Shown here: positions 21,301 to 24,475 of the stretch, piece by piece
Layout: each line of letters begins with the position of its first letter
How positions within the stretch are numbered: position 1 is the first letter of the stretch
Source: a virus
Taxonomy: Duplodnaviria > Caudoviricetes
Length of the DNA: 24,475 nucleotides
Virus record (IMG/VR): IMGVR_UViG_3300032050_010119
Location: 1 to 24,475 of that record
Reading direction: 5' to 3' (one strand)
Notes under the pieces: generated by a model
What the model was told of the DNA's origin: nothing
Database searches by the model: none
The model's input: the letters and a program-made list of their open reading frames with translations, nothing else
Made by a program: the position numbers and the translations under genes

Positions 21301-21448
21301 CAGGCTCGCCACCAATTCTTTATCTGGAAATTGGAAACCAGGCGGGGTTTCCCCATCCACACCAGTCGGCATATTTTATGTCCAATCCGACGAGGACAGA
21401 AAGGGTCAGATTTTGACTCCACCACTTAGTTTTGAGAAACTAAGAAAA
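21301..21448 (-). ncRNA. Structured cyanophage RNA, wcaG/manA-like (3' part, three UGGYG modules)
   Basis: Stems CUUAGUUU/AAACUAAG, GUCA/UGAC, UGUCC/GGACA (loop GUCGG pairs with downstream CCGAC), GGGG/CCCC and CCAAUU/AAUUGG (loop CCAG pairs with upstream CUGG). Each module carries UGGUG or UGGCG. The family assignment is from recall and was not searched. Confidence 0.7.
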
Positions 21449-21659
21449 GTTGTATAAGTTTTGATACTTCACTAAATCCAAAGAATGCACACAAAAATAA
21501 AACATCCCAAAGTTTAAGTTTAATAGCAAATGGTACTGTAAGCAGTCCCCCGATACATTTCATCATTAAACCATATTTAAATTCTCCCCATAACATAGTT
21601 TGATAACCAATTAAGAGGAGAATATTTCCAACCCAACGAAGTAGATCAGATCTAGACAT
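21426..21659 (-). CDS. Small membrane protein (about 3 hydrophobic helices)
   Basis: 77 aa, hydrophobic; its stop codon lies inside an RNA stem. Confidence 0.75.
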   Translation of the reverse strand: MSRSDLLRWVGNILLLIGYQTMLWGEFKYGLMMKCIGGLLTVPFAIKLKLWDVLFLCAFFGFSEVSKLIQLFLVSQN

Positions 21660-21660
21660 A

Positions 21661-21705
21661 AGGGGTTGCTCCCGACCAGTGCGCTTTTAAAGTCTTCCCG
21701 AGACT
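21661..21705 (-). ncRNA. Structured RNA module (putative 5' part of the manA-like element)
   Basis: AGUC-UCGGGAA-GACU hairpin, A-rich linker, then UGGUCGGGA-GCAA-CCCC; similar layout to the module at 21342-21398. Confidence 0.45.
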
Positions 21706-21711
21706 ATTTAC

Positions 21712-21927
21712 TCATGCAACTTCAACAGATTCAAGATCTTGATACACATATTCCATAAGCATTTCATAGTCATCAAGTGGATCGCCAGAAAAAACTACAC
21801 CTTCACTTTCATAATACCTACGAACTTTTTTATAAAGTTTGGGGTTTTTTACGTCGAGATAAAAATCTCCATTTGCTGCACCACGAAGAGTCTGAACGTC
21901 TTTCTTGAATTTTGATGTGAGAGTCAT
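21712..21927 (-). CDS. Small hypothetical protein of cyanophage type
   Basis: 71-aa ORF with its own sigma70 promoter and co-oriented with its neighbours. Confidence 0.8.
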   Translation of the reverse strand: MTLTSKFKKDVQTLRGAANGDFYLDVKNPKLYKKVRRYYESEGVVFSGDPLDDYEMLMEYVYQDLESVEVA

Positions 21928-21949
21928 TGTTCTGAATGTTGTCCTTAGT

Positions 21950-21979
21950 ATTATAAGGGTTTGACAGATATTCTGTCAA
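21950..21979 (-). promoter_or_regulatory. Sigma70-type promoter with a palindrome over the -35
   Basis: TTGACA (21974-21979), 18 bp spacer, TATAAT (21950-21955); palindrome TTGACAGA-tat-TCTGTCAA at 21961-21979. Confidence 0.75.
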
Positions 21980-21980
21980 G

Positions 21981-22053
21981 TGCTCCTTGCGTGGATCGAA
22001 CACGCCTCAGGCGAATTATGAGTTCGCTGCATTCACCAGATTGCTAAAGGAGC
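21981..22053 (-). tRNA. tRNA with CAU anticodon (Ile2 or elongator Met)
   Basis: Acceptor GCTCCTT/AAGGAGC, anticodon arm GCGAA-CTCATAA-TTCGC, T-loop TTCGATC; no encoded CCA. Confidence 0.88.
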
Positions 22054-22055
22054 AA

Positions 22056-22143
22056 TACGAGTGCCTGGATTCGAACCAGGTCAAAGCCGCTAATCTGGCG
22101 GAAAGAGTTTATAAGACTCCTCTGACTACCAAGTCTCACTCGC
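22056..22143 (-). tRNA. Atypical tRNA with UAU anticodon (Ile) and long variable arm
   Basis: Acceptor GCGAGTG/CACTCGT, short D-arm GACT-TGGT-AGTC, anticodon arm GGAGT-CTTATAA-ACTCT, V-arm CCGC-CAGATTA-GCGG, T-arm CCTGG-TTCGAAT-CCAGG. Confidence 0.8.
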
Positions 22144-22156
22144 TTGAACCAGGTCT

Positions 22157-22185
22157 ATTATAGAGGACCTGGAACCCTTTGTCAA
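22157..22185 (-). promoter_or_regulatory. Consensus sigma70 promoter for the UAU/CAU tRNA pair
   Basis: TTGACA (22180-22185), 17 bp spacer, TATAAT (22157-22162). Confidence 0.88.
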
Positions 22186-22412
22186 GAACCTTCTTCGTGG
22201 TCCGTGTGTATTCGTATGAGTTCATCGCTCACGCCAGATTCTACTGCAAACTTTATGGTTTCGTTGTATGGAACTATTACTGCGCTTATTTCCCCATCAG
22301 TAATAACGAATGATTCGCCATTTTCTACTTTTTCTATTAAATTATCAAAATCTGCTTGAAACTCTTTGACTGTAAATCTTTGAAGATCTGAAAGTTCTGG
22401 ATACATTTTCAT
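22182..22412 (-). CDS. Phd/YefM antitoxin-like small protein
   Basis: The start is probably 22412, because the track's longer ORF begins inside tRNA-Pro. FTVKEFQADFDNLIEKVENGESFVITDGEISAVIVP matches the Phd/YefM N-terminal pattern; the C-terminus is acidic. Confidence 0.62.
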   Translation of the reverse strand: MKMYPELSDLQRFTVKEFQADFDNLIEKVENGESFVITDGEISAVIVPYNETIKFAVESGVSDELIRIHTDHEEGS

Positions 22413-22429
22413 AAAGTAAAGTTTATGAG

Positions 22430-22503
22430 TCGGGCATAGAGGATTTGAACCTCTGACCTTTCCGCCCCAAACGGAACGCGCTACCAAACTGCGCTAATGC
22501 CCG
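22430..22503 (-). tRNA. tRNA-Pro(UGG)
   Basis: Acceptor CGGGCAT/ATGCCCG, anticodon arm TTCCG-TTTGGGG-CGGAA. Confidence 0.95.
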
Positions 22504-22625
22504 ATGTTTTTATCATTGGTTGAATGTATAACCATAATACCAACAATTGGAACCATTGTCAAGAGGTAGCATAAAATAAACAATGACCACTGATTGGTTA
22601 GAAGATATTCTACAACTTTTATCAT
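22494..22625 (-). CDS. 43-aa membrane peptide (not in the ORF track)
   Basis: MIKVVEYLLTNQWSLFILCYLLTMVPIVGIMVIHSTNDKNIGH*; ATGA overlap with the upstream gene's stop; the last codons overlap the 5' end of tRNA-Pro. Confidence 0.55.
   Translation of the reverse strand: MIKVVEYLLTNQWSLFILCYLLTMVPIVGIMVIHSTNDKNIGH
22534..22562 (-). promoter_or_regulatory. Sigma70-type promoter for tRNA-Pro
   Basis: TTGACA (22557-22562), 17 bp spacer, TATTAT (22534-22539). Confidence 0.65.
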
Positions 22626-23119
22626 ACCACAGAAACTGTCAATGTTCCACCCTTAGACCAAACAAAAGCAGTACGTGAAGAATAATCATAAATTAAACTC
22701 CATTTTCTTGGGTTTAAATTATAAGTAACATTATTGCCTATTTGTGCCCAAGTTTTTGAACTATACATTATATCATTGTAAAAACCAACACTCCATATAT
22801 CTAGACTTCTACCAAAGACCGGAAATTGACCATTAGTCGTCTGAGATCTCCATGTTACGTAACTGTCTGCGTCAGATCCTGCAAGAGTAGAAGGAGTTCC
22901 TCCATTAGTAGTAGAATGACTTGAATATCCATTAACCACTTGATCTATATTTCCACTACTGGCAACAGTAAAATTACCTGCAGTATTTGTAGAACAAGTA
23001 ATAGGAAATCCAACAATATTTCTTATTGTTGGATTTGTCGCATCATCAAATGAAAAATTTACACTCCAAGCAGATCCTTCAGTGGGAGATATGGATAAAG
23101 TTACAGTTCTTATTGCCAT
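22622..23119 (-). CDS. Hypothetical S/T/G/N-rich protein, probably late-expressed or virion-associated
   Basis: 165 aa with beta-rich composition, preceded by a perfect TATAAATA. Confidence 0.7.
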   Translation of the reverse strand: MAIRTVTLSISPTEGSAWSVNFSFDDATNPTIRNIVGFPITCSTNTAGNFTVASSGNIDQVVNGYSSHSTTNGGTPSTLAGSDADSYVTWRSQTTNGQFPVFGRSLDIWSVGFYNDIMYSSKTWAQIGNNVTYNLNPRKWSLIYDYSSRTAFVWSKGGTLTVSVV

Positions 23120-23144
23120 AATATTTCAATTGATTTATTTTTGT

Positions 23145-23231
23145 TTATTTATATGCGTGATTAAGTCCCCAAAAAAGAAATATCGATATAGAACCAAAAA
23201 TTATCATCGCATTGAATATTATTTTAACCAT
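23145..23231 (-). CDS. 28-aa single-helix membrane peptide (not in the ORF track)
   Basis: MVKIIFNAMIIFGSISIFLFWGLNHAYK*; starts 4 nt after the upstream stop. Confidence 0.5.
   Translation of the reverse strand: MVKIIFNAMIIFGSISIFLFWGLNHAYK
23146..23153 (-). promoter_or_regulatory. T4-type late promoter
   Basis: Exact TATAAATA on the minus strand, 26 nt upstream of the ATG at 23119. Confidence 0.75.
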
Positions 23232-23235
23232 TTTT

Positions 23236-23439
23236 CTAGTTTAAAGTAATTTTCATCCACGGAAATAATGGAGGAATAACTCCCACTAATCTTAAAAGTC
23301 CCTCAGCAAATAAAGCAAGAACCACCCAACCGACGCACATACTAATGATAGAAGCATTACGGTTGTGTCGTCGTATTGCTGCATCGATCATCTCCTGTAC
23401 TTCTGTACGACTCACAAATTCATCATAAGAATCCATCAC
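23236..23439 (-). CDS. Small membrane protein, hypothetical
   Basis: 67 aa with a hydrophobic segment IISMCVGWVVLALFAEGLL; coupled to the upstream ORF by a GTGATG overlap. Confidence 0.75.
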   Translation of the reverse strand: MMDSYDEFVSRTEVQEMIDAAIRRHNRNASIISMCVGWVVLALFAEGLLRLVGVIPPLFPWMKITLN

Positions 23440-23585
23440 TTTTCATCTCCAAGGAATTTCGCAAGAGGATCTCTTCTGGTTTTTACAATTTCAACTGCTC
23501 TTTTGTAGAACATATTATCTGTATTACCAGACTCCTCAAAGGTTGCCTTGATCTTCACCCAATTATTATAGGTGTGCTGATCCAT
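23436..23585 (-). CDS. 49-aa hypothetical protein (not in the ORF track)
   Basis: MDQHTYNNWVKIKATFEESGNTDNMFYKRAVEIVKTRRDPLAKFLGDEK*; its stop overlaps the next start. Confidence 0.72.
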   Translation of the reverse strand: MDQHTYNNWVKIKATFEESGNTDNMFYKRAVEIVKTRRDPLAKFLGDEK

Positions 23586-23709
23586 TTTTTTCTATTCATA
23601 GTACTACTATATACTAATCATAGAATTTTAAACGTCATCTAAATGTCAGTGTTTTGTAACACTAATATACAGAAACCGAAAGAAAGTATTAAATTTGTAT
23701 TCTATGTAA

Positions 23710-23793
23710 CGGAAAGGGTGGGATTCGAACCCACGGTGCTACTAACACGCTTGTTTTCAAGACAAGTTCCTTAAACCACTCGGACACCTTTCC
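23710..23793 (-). tRNA. tRNA-Ser(UGA)
   Basis: Acceptor GGAAAGG/CCTTTCC, anticodon arm CTTGT-CTTGAAA-ACAAG, long V-arm, G discriminator. Confidence 0.95.
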
Positions 23794-23804
23794 AAATTAA
23801 GTCC

Positions 23805-24056
23805 TTAGCGGACTTCAAAATCAAGTCGTCTTACTTTACGTTGACGACGTGCTTCTTGCCAAGCAATATCTTGAGAAGTCAGCACACTTTTGTTTTGATT
23901 TTCTTTTAGAGAGTTTAGCATAACAATTCGAGATAAGTCAAGTGCCGAAATCTTGTCTCCACGAATTGTTGCCATATTGGGACATCCACACGTTACCGTT
24001 TTTGATGGATGTCCTAGTAATTCTTTATTACAATCTTTGCATCTTATTGACAACAT
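23805..24056 (-). CDS. Small putative zinc-binding protein
   Basis: CKDC...CGC motif; ATAAATA late-like box at 24092-24098. Confidence 0.75.
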   Translation of the reverse strand: MLSIRCKDCNKELLGHPSKTVTCGCPNMATIRGDKISALDLSRIVMLNSLKENQNKSVLTSQDIAWQEARRQRKVRRLDFEVR

Positions 24057-24100
24057 TATTTTAAACCCTATTCATTCTCATCAATATAATTTATTTATTA

Positions 24101-24172
24101 TGGGCAATATCGGATTCGAACCAATGACTTACTGCTTGTAAGGCAGCCACTCTACCGCTGAGTTAATCGCCC
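24101..24172 (-). tRNA. tRNA-Val(UAC)
   Basis: Acceptor GGGCGAT/ATTGCCC, anticodon arm GCTGC-CTTACAA-GCAGT. Confidence 0.95.
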
Positions 24173-24177
24173 TTGAT

Positions 24178-24296
24178 GAGTAGTGAGTGCCCACTACTCG
24201 CGGAAGACACTCTCCGCAACGAGCGGGGGTGATCAAGTCCCCGACCTAAGAAAACTTAGGATTTAGAGGAAGATCCAGACATTTCCAGACCTTCCT
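24178..24296 (-). ncRNA. Candidate structured RNA between tRNA-Asn and tRNA-Val
   Basis: Five consecutive hairpins in a GC-rich 120-nt spacer; the loops of the last two are complementary. Confidence 0.55.
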
Positions 24297-24297
24297 A

Positions 24298-24369
24298 CTC
24301 CCCCTCCTGGATTCGAACCAGGGACCCTACGATTAACAGTCGTTTGCGCTACCGCTGCGCCAAGAGGGA
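24298..24369 (-). tRNA. tRNA-Asn(GUU)
   Basis: Acceptor TCCCTCT/AGGGGGA, anticodon loop CTGTTAA, T-arm CCTGG-TTCGAAT-CCAGG. Confidence 0.95.
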
Positions 24370-24389
24370 ATAAGAACCTTAAGGTTCAG

Positions 24390-24461
24390 AGCGGAGTATC
24401 GGAATCGAACCGACGACATCTAACTTGGAAGGATAGCGTTCTACCGCTGAACTAACTCCGC
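24390..24461 (-). tRNA. tRNA-Gly(UCC)
   Basis: Acceptor GCGGAGT/ACTCCGC, anticodon loop CTTCCAA, U discriminator. Confidence 0.95.
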
Positions 24462-24475
24462 TTATGAGACAATTA

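Noticed and set aside
22413-22487. N-terminal extension of the 101-aa ORF
   Set aside because: It begins inside tRNA-Pro; the true start is more likely 22412 or 22406.
23656-23670. Possible NtcA site GTA...TAC
   Set aside because: The spacer is 9 nt rather than the canonical 8.
3462-24141. Remaining short plus-strand and nested minus-strand ORFs in the track
   Set aside because: They overlap well-supported minus-strand genes or tRNAs and have no recognisable features.
24374-24387. Perfect 14-bp palindrome GAACCTTAAGGTTC between tRNA-Gly and tRNA-Asn
   Set aside because: Most simply an ordinary tRNA spacer hairpin; there is no further support.

Overview
This window looks like part of a T4-like cyanophage (cyanomyovirus) genome. 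The evidence is AT-rich sequence, a perfect TATAAATA late promoter, several sigma70-type promoters, CCA-less tRNAs and cyanobacterial-type auxiliary genes; the taxonomic call is inferred. All real genes lie on the minus strand. In transcription order (right to left) the window holds: (1) a cluster of 7 tRNAs with small ORFs, including a non-canonical long-variable-arm tRNA with a UAU anticodon and a five-hairpin structured spacer; (2) a modular UGGYG-containing structured RNA (wcaG/manA-like) that is interrupted by a 77-aa membrane ORF and ends in an intrinsic terminator; (3) an approximately 18 kb tightly packed cluster headed by NAD synthetase (nadE), with 5 SAM methyltransferases, a UDP-glucose dehydrogenase-like gene, 3 SDR epimerases, 3 GT11 genes, GT2, GT7-like, GT17, GT25 and a heptose module (GHMP kinase, GmhA, HAD-nucleotidyltransferase fusion); (4) a cyanobacterial SLH-domain porin, S-adenosylhomocysteine hydrolase (ahcY) and the 5' end of pstS with a candidate Pho box. 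All product calls come from motif recognition by eye; no searches were run.
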